From positions 1 through 64,000 of IMG/VR virus record IMGVR_UViG_2791355164_000001: a stretch of 64,000 nucleotides of DNA; one strand, 5' to 3'. This DNA comes from a virus. Lineage: Duplodnaviria; Caudoviricetes. The notes beneath the pieces are model-generated. The model did not search any database, had not been told where the DNA came from, and worked only from the letters and a program-made list of their open reading frames with translations. The translations under genes and the position numbers were made by a program. Numbering within the stretch: position 1 is the first letter of the stretch; each line of letters starts with the position of its first letter. Of the stretch, positions 9,753 through 19,070 are shown one piece after another.

Positions 9753-12700
9753 TTAGTCCCTCAGTAATTCGTTGAGCGCCGGATCGCTGATGCTCAGCGA
9801 CGACGACTGGCGCGGCGCCGGCTGCGCGGTATTCACCACTTTGTCCGGTGCTTCTTCGCCTTTTTTCTTGGTGACGCCCAGCAGCGCCTCCAGCTGCGTG
9901 CGCATGGCTTTCAGCTCTTTGAGCATGTCCGAATCCTGACCGGCGCTGTCGCCCTTCATCATCGGACGCATCCCGCTGGCGCCTAAATCAGTGACGTTCG
10001 GGATTTGTGCCGGGTGACTCAGCAGCGGCTGCTGCGGTGCGGAACGTGCCAGGGATGCGCTGCCGCCTGCAAAAAATGACTGGCCGGCGCTGGCCAGCGA
10101 CTCTATGCCGCTGTCCAGAAAACCGCCCGCTTTGCTGGTGAGCGGTGACACGGCCCTGAAAATCCCCGGATCGGATATGCCCGCCTGACCCAGCACGCCG
10201 CTTATCATGTCGTTACCGCTGAAGCCCCCCAGCGTCTGGCTGAAAGTGTCGCCCAGGGCAGGCATGACGGCAGAGCCAACGGCTTTCACGCCGTCCATCG
10301 CACCACCCATCATGCGATCAAAAAATCCGGCTTCTGCTGCAGACTGCGCTGGCGCGCTATCAGCCTCCATAGCCCTGTTGATGACCTGCTCTTTCGCCGC
10401 ATTAACAACACTGCCAGACGTGGCAGAGTTCGGACGGACGCGGGCGCGGCCAAACGATGCGCCTGACGTAGCGACAGGACGTGAGCGGGTAGCAATCTGG
10501 CCCGGTGAAAGCGCCGCCATCTGCAAGCCAGCCGGGAGCGAATCGCCGGCAGGCAGCGAAAGCCCGCTGGTTGGACGGTTACGGGACAGCCCTTCCACGC
10601 CCAGTGATTCTGCTGCGCCCTGTAACTTGCCGTCAGCCCATTGGTTGAGGCCTTTCACGCCGCCCCAGGCGGACGACGCACCCTGTTTGATTTTGTCGGT
10701 TAAGCCCGTGGCAGGTTTGTCTTTGTCAGATTTCGCGGTGGCTGCTGCAACCTGTGAGCCGGTTGGTGCAGCAGGCGCATTTACTACGACGGCAGGTGCC
10801 GCCTGGACCGGTGCGGCAGCGGGTGCCACTGCACCAGGCGTTACTTTTACCTTGTCGCCGGCCGAATAAAGCGAATCGGCGGCAACGGGTGCCAGCCCCT
10901 GCTTTCTCCGCGCTTCGTTTACCGACTTCAGGGATTCATCACTGAATTTGCCCCCTACCCACTTGCCGTTTTCGTTGTGGCCAATGGCATTCATCATGAA
11001 GTCATTCGTCACCTGCGGGTTGCCGCCCTCTATGGTGGCGATACCGCGCATCATCTGCGTCATGACTTTGGGATCTTTGAGGTCAAGCTGCTGATTGCTT
11101 TTCACGCCCAGCTTTTTAGAGAGTGAATCGACGTAGTTCGACGTGTCATTTTCACTCTGCGGGGCATACAGCTTGATAATGTCCTCAACGGTATTGAGCT
11201 TCTTATAACCGGCAGCTTTAGAGGTACCTTCGGAATAGCTGGTGAGCTGGTTGGCCAGCGCCCTGAAACCTTCCTCCGGCGTGTTGAATTTCGCAAAGCG
11301 CGCCTCGCCTTTGGCGTTCTTCGCCTCCAGACTTGCGCCCTCCTGCCCGACAAAATTCAGGTTGCCAAAATTGTTATTGCGGAAAGATCGGGTTTTCGCG
11401 TTTGCGCCACCAATATTGAGATCCGCGCCGATGCTGTTTTTCGCCACGTCGGCATAGTCAGCCGTGCTTTTACCCTGCGCACCTACGCCATCCTCACCCC
11501 ATGTTCCACCCTGCAGCTGTGAGCCCAGCCGGTTGATCGCCGTAACGGTTTTTTCGGTTCCGTCCGTGATCGCTTTCGTCTGCTCAGCGCTGGTGCCGGT
11601 GAGCTTGTCATAAGCGCTGACGGCGCTGGTGGAAAAAGAGGTGAACACGTCACCTACCTTGCTCAGCCCTGAGTCCAGTCCTTTAGCGATATCCCCGGTG
11701 TCAAACGTCAGCGCCTTAGCCGCGCCATCCATACCCAGCGCACTCGCGCCTTTCGCCAGCAACCCGGCGCCGCCTGACAGCAGCCCGCCCATGTTCAGCA
11801 CGTTGGCAGCGGTGTATTCGCCTTTCTGTCTGCCACTGACAGCCTGATTCTCTTTCAGGCCAAACGCCTTTTTCTGGCCGTCGGTATCATGAAAGCCTTC
11901 GTAGGCGTCCATTCCCGCACCTATTGCGGTACCCACCAGCGGGATCGCTTTCAGCGCGGTTTCTCCGGCGACCTTCCCGGCCACTTTGAGGCCACCTTTC
12001 TCAGCGGTTTGCTCAGCGGCGGCGGCAGCGGCTTTCTCAGATACGGCAATGCCCTCTTTGGCCACAACCTTCCCGGCAGTGTCTGTCGCGGCTTTAGTCC
12101 CTTCCTTTGCGGCGGTCTCTCCTGCTGCTTTCGTACTGGCGAGCACTGTTGCGCCGGTGGCCGCTGTTGCTGCTGCAGCGCCAGCGCCGGCAACGGTTGC
12201 TGCTTTTTTGCCGCCTTTCAGGGCTTCCATTGCCTTTGTCAGCAGGCTTTTCTTTTTCGGCTCAGGCCGGGGTTTTTCCCCATGAGGTTTTTTCTTGCCA
12301 TCCGGCAGCAGATCGCCTGCGGTATCAAGCGCCCCTGCAGCGGCAGTAAGCGCACCGCGCTTTCGCCCGCGGGAGCGTCGTTTACGCCTGCCGGGTATGA
12401 GCGAGTCCAGCAGCCCGCCATCTTTGCCGTCCGACGCATGCGCGAGCTTTTTAATTTCGTCGCGCACGTCGTCCAGCCCGCTGATGATACGATCGTCATT
12501 GGCGGCGAGTATTTTGGTCTGCTCCTGCGTGACCTGTACGGCCTTTGCCTGCTGCGCGCTCTTATAGCCATCAGCTGATTTTGGCTTGCCGACGGCCGGC
12601 GGCTGCTTCGCTGCTGCAGTAACTGGCGGGTGCGTCACCGGCGGTTCTATTTTCAGCGCGGCGTTGCCTTCGGTTTTTCCCTGCATGAAGTTTTTTAGCG

Positions 12701-13358
12701 AGACGACGTTTTTACCGACTTCGGCGGAAATGTCGTACATGCCTTTACCCATCATCCAGAGCGGCCCCCCTGCGGCGGTACCGGCAATGTCTGTCCCTGA
12801 TGACATGGCATCGCTGTTTGCTTCAGTAGCAGATTTCATCATGCTGGTAAGCGATCGATAGAAGCCCTGCTGCTGCTGCTGTTCGGCGCGACGGGCATTT
12901 TTTTCCTGCTGCGCAGCCGATGCATCGCCTGATTCAGTACGCGATTTGAAGCGCCCGCTTGCGTCCCTACGCGGGTTTTCTGTTGTGATGCTTTCCTGCT
13001 TTAGTTGTGACTTATTTTGATTTCCTGAGTGCTTTTTTTGAGGTTCTTGTGTGCTTTTTTTTGCCTCTTCTGTGACTTTTACTTGTTCTTTTTTCGATTG
13101 TGTCTTTTTATCGCTTTTACTGTGCTCTTTTTTAATCACATTAGTGCTTTTTTCAGAGCGCTTATCCGCATCTTCTGAAGCGCGAGTGCGTCCGGTAACA
13201 GAGCGTCTGACTGTGAGGCCTGAACCATTGCTGTTGCTGGCTTTATCAGGTTTTGAATCTCCAGTAAGCGCTTTGCGGATAAGTGTCAGTTGCTTTAATT
13301 CAGCTTCGCTGGCGTCCTGAATGGCGTCTATTATCCGAGCCTGACTTTGAAGATTCAT
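9753..13358 (-). CDS. sit: Tape measure / injection protein Sit-like
   Basis: 1201 aa, Ala/Gly/Lys-rich, with an embedded RNNNFGN...YAP..ENDT..Y lysozyme-like domain; P1 synteny. Confidence 0.8.
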   Translation of the reverse strand: MNLQSQARIIDAIQDASEAELKQLTLIRKALTGDSKPDKASNSNGSGLTVRRSVTGRTRASEDADKRSEKSTNVIKKEHSKSDKKTQSKKEQVKVTEEAKKSTQEPQKKHSGNQNKSQLKQESITTENPRRDASGRFKSRTESGDASAAQQEKNARRAEQQQQQGFYRSLTSMMKSATEANSDAMSSGTDIAGTAAGGPLWMMGKGMYDISAEVGKNVVSLKNFMQGKTEGNAALKIEPPVTHPPVTAAAKQPPAVGKPKSADGYKSAQQAKAVQVTQEQTKILAANDDRIISGLDDVRDEIKKLAHASDGKDGGLLDSLIPGRRKRRSRGRKRGALTAAAGALDTAGDLLPDGKKKPHGEKPRPEPKKKSLLTKAMEALKGGKKAATVAGAGAAAATAATGATVLASTKAAGETAAKEGTKAATDTAGKVVAKEGIAVSEKAAAAAAEQTAEKGGLKVAGKVAGETALKAIPLVGTAIGAGMDAYEGFHDTDGQKKAFGLKENQAVSGRQKGEYTAANVLNMGGLLSGGAGLLAKGASALGMDGAAKALTFDTGDIAKGLDSGLSKVGDVFTSFSTSAVSAYDKLTGTSAEQTKAITDGTEKTVTAINRLGSQLQGGTWGEDGVGAQGKSTADYADVAKNSIGADLNIGGANAKTRSFRNNNFGNLNFVGQEGASLEAKNAKGEARFAKFNTPEEGFRALANQLTSYSEGTSKAAGYKKLNTVEDIIKLYAPQSENDTSNYVDSLSKKLGVKSNQQLDLKDPKVMTQMMRGIATIEGGNPQVTNDFMMNAIGHNENGKWVGGKFSDESLKSVNEARRKQGLAPVAADSLYSAGDKVKVTPGAVAPAAAPVQAAPAVVVNAPAAPTGSQVAAATAKSDKDKPATGLTDKIKQGASSAWGGVKGLNQWADGKLQGAAESLGVEGLSRNRPTSGLSLPAGDSLPAGLQMAALSPGQIATRSRPVATSGASFGRARVRPNSATSGSVVNAAKEQVINRAMEADSAPAQSAAEAGFFDRMMGGAMDGVKAVGSAVMPALGDTFSQTLGGFSGNDMISGVLGQAGISDPGIFRAVSPLTSKAGGFLDSGIESLASAGQSFFAGGSASLARSAPQQPLLSHPAQIPNVTDLGASGMRPMMKGDSAGQDSDMLKELKAMRTQLEALLGVTKKKGEEAPDKVVNTAQPAPRQSSSLSISDPALNELLRD

Positions 13359-13544
13359 AGTTCAGCCCTGTATTGTGTTCTTTTAAGTTGCTCAATAAGC
13401 GTGTTGTTCATCTGGATAGCTCGCCACAATGGTAAATTGTCCACATCTCCGACAGGCTGGCGCGCGACCAGCGTCAGGTTGTCAATGATGGTTAGCCATC
13501 CACTGAGTTGAAAATTTCGGAATAAATAATCCAGAGCGAAAGGG
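13355..13544 (-). CDS. Probable frameshift extension of PmgB (+1 frame, no start codon near its 5' end)
   Basis: Open +1 frame ...WLTIIDNLTLVARQPVGDVDNLPLWRAIQMNNTLIEQLKRTQYRAEL*. Its TGA overlaps the sit ATG. Candidate shift site CCC TTT C at 13544-13538. Confidence 0.55.
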
Positions 13545-14300
13545 AATAAACAGTTGAGTGGTATTCATCTGCATGTCCTCCTTTTCACATGGTGTTGGCG
13601 GAAGCAGCAGGCGTACCTGACCCTGTGTAATTTGCATGCGTAGCCCGTGACGCAGGTTTCTCTGCATCAGCTGGATATGCGCCACCAGCGGCGCAAACTC
13701 CAGATCAGGAACCATGTTTTCCATAATGTCGAATCGACGGTTTGCGGCAGCTTCAAAATCTTCCGGATCGTCATCCAGTGCGGTACAGAGTGCGAACTCA
13801 GCAATGCGCATGCGCACCAGCGCCGCCTCATATTCCGGCGTGTCGGCATCCGGCAGGCTCACGCGCATGCGCTCCAGCATCTCCTGGCCGCGCCCGGTAA
13901 GCGGCTTTAACGTCCAGTTGGTTGCCACGCCGTTGACCGGCACGCTCACGCGCTCAAATGGCTCAATGGTCAGCAGCTCGACGGTTTCCGCCAGGTCTGA
14001 CAGGTCAAAGTCGTAGGTATGCACTTCTTTGCAGTGTTCGCAGGTGTAGTGAAACGCCTCAAGGTTATCTGCGCGGCTGTTAATCATGATCCACCAGAGC
14101 GCGGTGCGCCGTTCCTGCGCAGTCCAGTCGCGGCTGTCGTTTAGCGGTCCTTCCTGCAGGTGGTTGAGGTATTCAGTGACGCGGCGTTCGTCACCGATTT
14201 CATCCGGCGTGCTGTATTTGAGCGCGTCTTTCATGACCGGCTGGCGAAACTGAATTTCGGTACCGGGACGCGAGGCCAGGGGAAGCGGGGGAATATTCAC
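13482..14300 (-). CDS. pmgB: PmgB tail/baseplate assembly chaperone
   Basis: 272 aa with CEHC zinc motif; directly upstream of the tape measure gene. Confidence 0.75.
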   Translation of the reverse strand: MNIPPLPLASRPGTEIQFRQPVMKDALKYSTPDEIGDERRVTEYLNHLQEGPLNDSRDWTAQERRTALWWIMINSRADNLEAFHYTCEHCKEVHTYDFDLSDLAETVELLTIEPFERVSVPVNGVATNWTLKPLTGRGQEMLERMRVSLPDADTPEYEAALVRMRIAEFALCTALDDDPEDFEAAANRRFDIMENMVPDLEFAPLVAHIQLMQRNLRHGLRMQITQGQVRLLLPPTPCEKEDMQMNTTQLFIPFRSGLFIPKFSTQWMANHH

Positions 14301-14311
14301 GGCAGTGTCCT

Positions 14312-15031
14312 TCAGAATTTAATGAGGTTTGATGCGGACGATTGAACCTGGTTTGTAATTCCCCCGGTTAATCCTTTTACCAATCCGTTTAATGCGCCGC
14401 CGGCACTGGTGTACTTCACAAAAGTCACAGGGAAGGTGGCAAACTCGCCCACGGCATCGCGCGCGCGGGAGATCTCGCCAACCGTGGTAATGAAACCCTT
14501 CATTTCCTCTTCCAGTGAGGCCTGACCATCCTGCGTCACCCGGTAAATCCGGGTGTTTAACAGGTAGGCAGGAGGGAGGTTAAAGGTGCCGTCTCCGTTG
14601 GATATGCGCGCCCGCTTCTCCTTGAATTTCTGCAGCAGCTCGCCGCTCTCGTTATCGCGGAGCGTCATGGTGATGGAGCCCGCCGTAACGTGCGTGGGCT
14701 TCACGAACTCCACGCCGCCAATCAGTTTGCTTTCGGTCTCAACGTTGTTGGCGCTGTAGGTGAGATCTTTCACGTACATATCCACGCGCGAGAAGCCGTC
14801 TATTTCAATATTCCACTGCCAGCCCTGCGCGTAGCGAATGCGCATCGCCATTTCCAGAATGGCTTTGGCACTGGAGAGCTCAGGCGGCAGGCCTGCATAA
14901 GACGCGCCGCCGCCGCTCATGTTTGAGGAGGCACGCGCCAGAATGTTGGATATCAGGCTGCTGCCAGCCTGTTTGGCCGTACTGGAGGCCAGGCCTTTAA
15001 TGTTCCCGGCCAGCCCGTCAAAAAAGCTCAT
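14312..15031 (-). CDS. tub: Tub, tube-related protein
   Basis: AQGWQW...KDLTY...RIYR pattern as in P1 Tub. Confidence 0.7.
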   Translation of the reverse strand: MSFFDGLAGNIKGLASSTAKQAGSSLISNILARASSNMSGGGASYAGLPPELSSAKAILEMAMRIRYAQGWQWNIEIDGFSRVDMYVKDLTYSANNVETESKLIGGVEFVKPTHVTAGSITMTLRDNESGELLQKFKEKRARISNGDGTFNLPPAYLLNTRIYRVTQDGQASLEEEMKGFITTVGEISRARDAVGEFATFPVTFVKYTSAGGALNGLVKGLTGGITNQVQSSASNLIKF

Positions 15032-15040
15032 GCTGTCTCC

Positions 15041-15592
15041 TTACCAGGAACTCATAGCGGGGATGATCGCCCGGTTAGCGGAGATCTGCGCTTCCAGGTC
15101 GGCTTTGCGCTGGTGCAGCGTGGCTTCATCCGGCAGAAATGAGGCATCAAACTTTCCGGCGATGTGCAGCCGGCGCAGGCGCTCGACGTTGGGAATGGCG
15201 ATCAGCGCTTCAAGGTAATCTTCAATCAGCCCGGTAATGTCCGGCGGCAGCGTCACCGCGTCATAATCGCAGTCGCGGATATTGCGAAAGTAGAGCAGGG
15301 TGAGCGGCCATTTTTCGCGGCCAGTCAGCTCTAGTTCAATGGTGGATTCCCAGGGATCGGCGTATACCAGCGCGCCATTGAAATCGTTCACGTTTACCAG
15401 CGAGAGGTAATCAGACGGAAACGGGAGGCTTGCGCCCCCCGTTTTTTCAATGCGTGTGCGACCGGTTACGCCGGCCCGATCCTGATAGACGCCCAGTGCC
15501 TGGCGGAGAAGGCTTTGCAGCAGCGGCGCCTCGTCCACCAGCAGCGTCGTGAAGCGCGCTTTTACGGCTTCAAGCAGTTCGGCCGGCGTCAT
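15041..15592 (-). CDS. pmgC: PmgC head-tail adaptor
   Basis: MTPAELLEAVKARF...ALGVYQDRAG resembles P1 PmgC. Confidence 0.7.
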   Translation of the reverse strand: MTPAELLEAVKARFTTLLVDEAPLLQSLLRQALGVYQDRAGVTGRTRIEKTGGASLPFPSDYLSLVNVNDFNGALVYADPWESTIELELTGREKWPLTLLYFRNIRDCDYDAVTLPPDITGLIEDYLEALIAIPNVERLRRLHIAGKFDASFLPDEATLHQRKADLEAQISANRAIIPAMSSW

Positions 15593-15594
15593 GA

Positions 15595-16086
15595 TTATTC
15601 AGCCCAGTTATACACTACGCGCAGCGGCAGCTTGACGGCTGCAGTCGTGTCCTCAGAGCCAAAGTCCACGGCATCTGAGTAGATTTTGCAGTGCAGGTAG
15701 TTGCGCGTCAGGCCAGCGTCAGCGCCGCTGTTTGACTCGGCGGCGGCGGCAAAGGTGAGATCCAGATACTCTTTGTTGAGCACCATCTTGCGGACGGCTG
15801 CAAAGACGTCGCCCTTAATGGTTTCAACGCAGGTCATCTGGAACTCGCCAGAGTTTTTCAGTACGCCGTGCTGGTTAAACTTCATGCCGCCTGGCGCAAC
15901 GTCCTCAACGTCCTCGCGCGCCATTTCAGGCAACTGAGTTGTGCGGATCAGAATAGACAGGTTCGGGTAGCCCTTAACGGTCATCCAGTACTCGGAGCCG
16001 ATAAGTTTTTCACCGGCGGCAAGGTTCTGGTTAAAGCGCTTTTTCAGAAATGCCACGTCGGGTTTTGTGTTGGAAAAGCCGGACAT
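15595..16086 (-). CDS. bplB: BplB tail tube protein
   Basis: PEMAREDVED..KFNQHG...CKIYSDAVDF..YNW resembles P1 BplB. Confidence 0.75.
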   Translation of the reverse strand: MSGFSNTKPDVAFLKKRFNQNLAAGEKLIGSEYWMTVKGYPNLSILIRTTQLPEMAREDVEDVAPGGMKFNQHGVLKNSGEFQMTCVETIKGDVFAAVRKMVLNKEYLDLTFAAAAESNSGADAGLTRNYLHCKIYSDAVDFGSEDTTAAVKLPLRVVYNWAE

Positions 16087-16096
16087 AAATTGTTCC

Positions 16097-16687
16097 TCAG
16101 ATAAACATAAATGGAATATCAGACTGGTTCTGGACGCTCTGGCCGGAGCACTGCAGCGTGACGGTGTTGTGCGTGTAATACCCCTCAGCGGTGCGGGGCG
16201 CGTCCAGCTGGTAGCTGACGCTTTTGATCACAACGTCCATGATCTTCAGGCGGCGCCCGATATCCAGAATGACGGGGAGAGGACGGCGACCGCCGGGGAG
16301 GGCGGCATTCAGTTCAGGCGAAGCCATCTGCTGCAGCGCCATGATTGCGTCCATTACTTCGATCTTCGCGTTCACGGTGGCCATCAGGTCTACCACGATG
16401 CTGAACTCTGGCGGCTGCTGGCCTTCCCAGATAAGCAGGGAGTTAAATTCCGACTTTGAGGTATTCCCGGTTGCCGCCTGCGCGCCGCTCGCCAGCTTGC
16501 CCGCTGCCGTGCTGACCGCGCCGGCCACGCCGCCAAGCGAGTCATTGGCAAAAGGGGATTCCCACATGGATTCGAGACTGGCGCTCGACCCTTCCCCGAT
16601 ATAGCCCACGACCATCGCCGTCTGAGACGTGATGTAGAGCTTCAGGAATGGGCTTACCCCGTCCGGCATGATTGCACCGCAGATCAT
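16097..16687 (-). CDS. pmgG: PmgG tube initiator-like protein
   Basis: DGVSPFLK...WESPF; P1 synteny. Confidence 0.7.
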   Translation of the reverse strand: MICGAIMPDGVSPFLKLYITSQTAMVVGYIGEGSSASLESMWESPFANDSLGGVAGAVSTAAGKLASGAQAATGNTSKSEFNSLLIWEGQQPPEFSIVVDLMATVNAKIEVMDAIMALQQMASPELNAALPGGRRPLPVILDIGRRLKIMDVVIKSVSYQLDAPRTAEGYYTHNTVTLQCSGQSVQNQSDIPFMFI

Positions 16688-16730
16688 CGCACTATCCTCA
16701 TTGCCGCCGGCGTTAACCGGCGGCTATCCC

Positions 16731-17435
16731 TTACAGACCGCGCTTTTTGCGCAGCTTCATCGACTTCTTACGGTGCGCATTCGCCATTGAGCTATGCGCC
16801 TTCATGCGGGCTTTTTTGAGCGCCTGCTTCTGCAGAGACGTCATGCGGCGCTTTTTCGGACGCTTACGGATAAGCGTTACCACGCCATCGCGCACGGCTT
16901 TGAACGTGGCTGACTCAAGCATGGCTTCGCCACCTTTGCCGCCGGCAACGGTGTAGTCAGCAATGGCTTCGTCGTCGTCGCTCAGGCCGGAAAGCGCCTC
17001 GAAAACGCTCTCAGCGGCGCTGTCGTCGTCGTCGTCGATCATGCTGGTGACGTCATCCTGATCCGCACCCAGGGCAACGGCGGCGTTGGCCAGCTGGCCC
17101 AGCGCGTCGTTAAACTGATCCACCTGGTCATCAGTCAGATCGTCGTCCTCTGCAATGCCATCCAGACCGGCCAGCACCAGCGCCAGCGCTTCAAAGCTAT
17201 CAGCGTCGGCTTCACCGTCGGCAATCCAGCCCGCCAGCAGTGACGCGGCAACAGAGCGGGCATCCTCACCGGCGCGGCGCTCCACGGCTTCAAACATCGC
17301 AATGACGCGCGACTCTGCCGCGTTGCCGTCATTGACGCCTTCCGCCATAAAGTCCGGTTTAGCGGGCTCTGCTGCCGGCGCGGCAAACGCCGCGCCCAGG
17401 AGGCCATTAGACTTGTGGTTAAAAATGTTGTTCAT
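16731..17435 (-). CDS. gp21-like morphogenesis protein
   Basis: Acidic body with a very basic C-terminal tail; follows the sheath gene. Confidence 0.65.
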   Translation of the reverse strand: MNNIFNHKSNGLLGAAFAAPAAEPAKPDFMAEGVNDGNAAESRVIAMFEAVERRAGEDARSVAASLLAGWIADGEADADSFEALALVLAGLDGIAEDDDLTDDQVDQFNDALGQLANAAVALGADQDDVTSMIDDDDDSAAESVFEALSGLSDDDEAIADYTVAGGKGGEAMLESATFKAVRDGVVTLIRKRPKKRRMTSLQKQALKKARMKAHSSMANAHRKKSMKLRKKRGL

Positions 17436-17446
17436 AATTTCCTCTG

Positions 17447-19024
17447 TTAGCGGAGCAGGGTTGGCTTACCGACGATGCGGCGTGAAGAACCGGTAGGGCA
17501 GACAGACCAGGTGGCTTCCCACAGGTCGATATCTTTCTGCACAACGGCGATGACAAACGGCTCGGTACCCTGCGTGGCGTCACGCGGCTTAACCAGCGCC
17601 TCCGCGGCAACGAAGCGCTCCAGAACGTCTTTCAGGCCATCAGTGAGGCCTTTGAAGGTGATACCGTCCGGCTCATGCTTAAGCGCTTCCGCCACGTCGT
17701 AAAAACTGCGCGCGATCGCATTCATCAGTGAACTGATGTGCTGCAGGCGCAGGTAGTTGTTTTTAGCGAAGGTGGTCAGGGAATCATCAATGTACATATT
17801 CCCGTTCTTATCCAGGCTGACCGGGTTAATACGCGCATTCACAAAGGCTTCGCGGTCGATTTCATCCAGGCCTGGAATCGGCTTGATGTTCTGGCGTCCG
17901 ATAATGGCGCGTGACACGCCTGCCGGCGCGTAGTGCCAGCCGCCGACGTCAGAGACCAGCGCAACGCCTTTCGCTTTCGCCACAAACGCATCGCAGGAGA
18001 TCCCCCAGCTGACGTTAGTGCCGGTAAATGCATCGCGTGCGGTGTACGGCCAGTAGTAACGCGCCGCCTGATGCGAACCGCCGAAACTATGGCTCTGCGC
18101 TTCGGCAATAGCGGCGGCTGACAGCTGCGCCCCGTGGATGTCGTAAAACATATCGGTACGGGTATCTTCGGCCAGCTTCACCAGCGCGGCGAGGATAGTG
18201 GGGTCATAGCAGCCCAGTGACAGCACTGCGGTCCAGGTAAACATTGATTTGCGCAGCACGGTCAGCGCTTTGGTGTAATCCGCCGTTGCGATAGCAGACA
18301 GATCGCCGTCGGTACCGCCGCTGAACTGCATATCATCGAAGCCTTCGGTGATCTGCAGCATCTGCGTTTCAACGTCGTCAGCCACAACAGCGCGCAGGCG
18401 GGTAGAGCCGTTTTCCAGCGCGGTCGGCAGAAACGCCGGTGATCCCATGTCGCTGGTGGCGTCCGGATTAAAGGAGATCTGGTGTGACTCCAGCTGCGTT
18501 TCACCGCCAGCCGCATCAACCTGCTTCAGCGTCAGGATGTAGAAGCCCGGAGCGGTTTTATCCGCCTCCATGCTTAGCGTGCGGTCTGCAGAGGCGTCGC
18601 CATCCTCGATGTAAATCATGGCCGCAGCGCCAGCCGCCAGAACCGGGTCGGTTCCCGGCGCGAAGTTGGTGGCAACCACGCTCAGCTCCTGCATGGTGGT
18701 ATCAGCAGTCAGGGTCAGAGCAGGGATCTTCATTCCCGGCGCTGGCACGCGTACCACATAACCGTCGCCGCCATTTACCGCCGTTGCAACGTGGCGCAGA
18801 GGTTCAAAGGCCGCGCCACTGCGCGGGTGAATCGCCGCGCCCAGCACCGCCTGAAAATTGTCAGCCGTAACGCGCAGCACGGAGCCGATTTTACCGCGGC
18901 GGGAAATGACCAGGCCTGCAAAGACGGACGCGCCGCCGGATGTAACCGAAGTCGTTGCGTCAGCATTGACTTCGCTTATGCCGACGCCAGCCGCCTGGCC
19001 TACTGCAAAAGGAATCTTATTCAT
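17447..19024 (-). CDS. Tail sheath protein (gp22)
   Basis: 525 aa; FSGGTDG, WHYAPAG..R and ARINPV sheath motifs. Confidence 0.85.
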   Translation of the reverse strand: MNKIPFAVGQAAGVGISEVNADATTSVTSGGASVFAGLVISRRGKIGSVLRVTADNFQAVLGAAIHPRSGAAFEPLRHVATAVNGGDGYVVRVPAPGMKIPALTLTADTTMQELSVVATNFAPGTDPVLAAGAAAMIYIEDGDASADRTLSMEADKTAPGFYILTLKQVDAAGGETQLESHQISFNPDATSDMGSPAFLPTALENGSTRLRAVVADDVETQMLQITEGFDDMQFSGGTDGDLSAIATADYTKALTVLRKSMFTWTAVLSLGCYDPTILAALVKLAEDTRTDMFYDIHGAQLSAAAIAEAQSHSFGGSHQAARYYWPYTARDAFTGTNVSWGISCDAFVAKAKGVALVSDVGGWHYAPAGVSRAIIGRQNIKPIPGLDEIDREAFVNARINPVSLDKNGNMYIDDSLTTFAKNNYLRLQHISSLMNAIARSFYDVAEALKHEPDGITFKGLTDGLKDVLERFVAAEALVKPRDATQGTEPFVIAVVQKDIDLWEATWSVCPTGSSRRIVGKPTLLR

Positions 19025-19070
19025 GTGATATTTCCATGAAATGCCCCCTTAACGGGGGCGTTAAAGGGGA

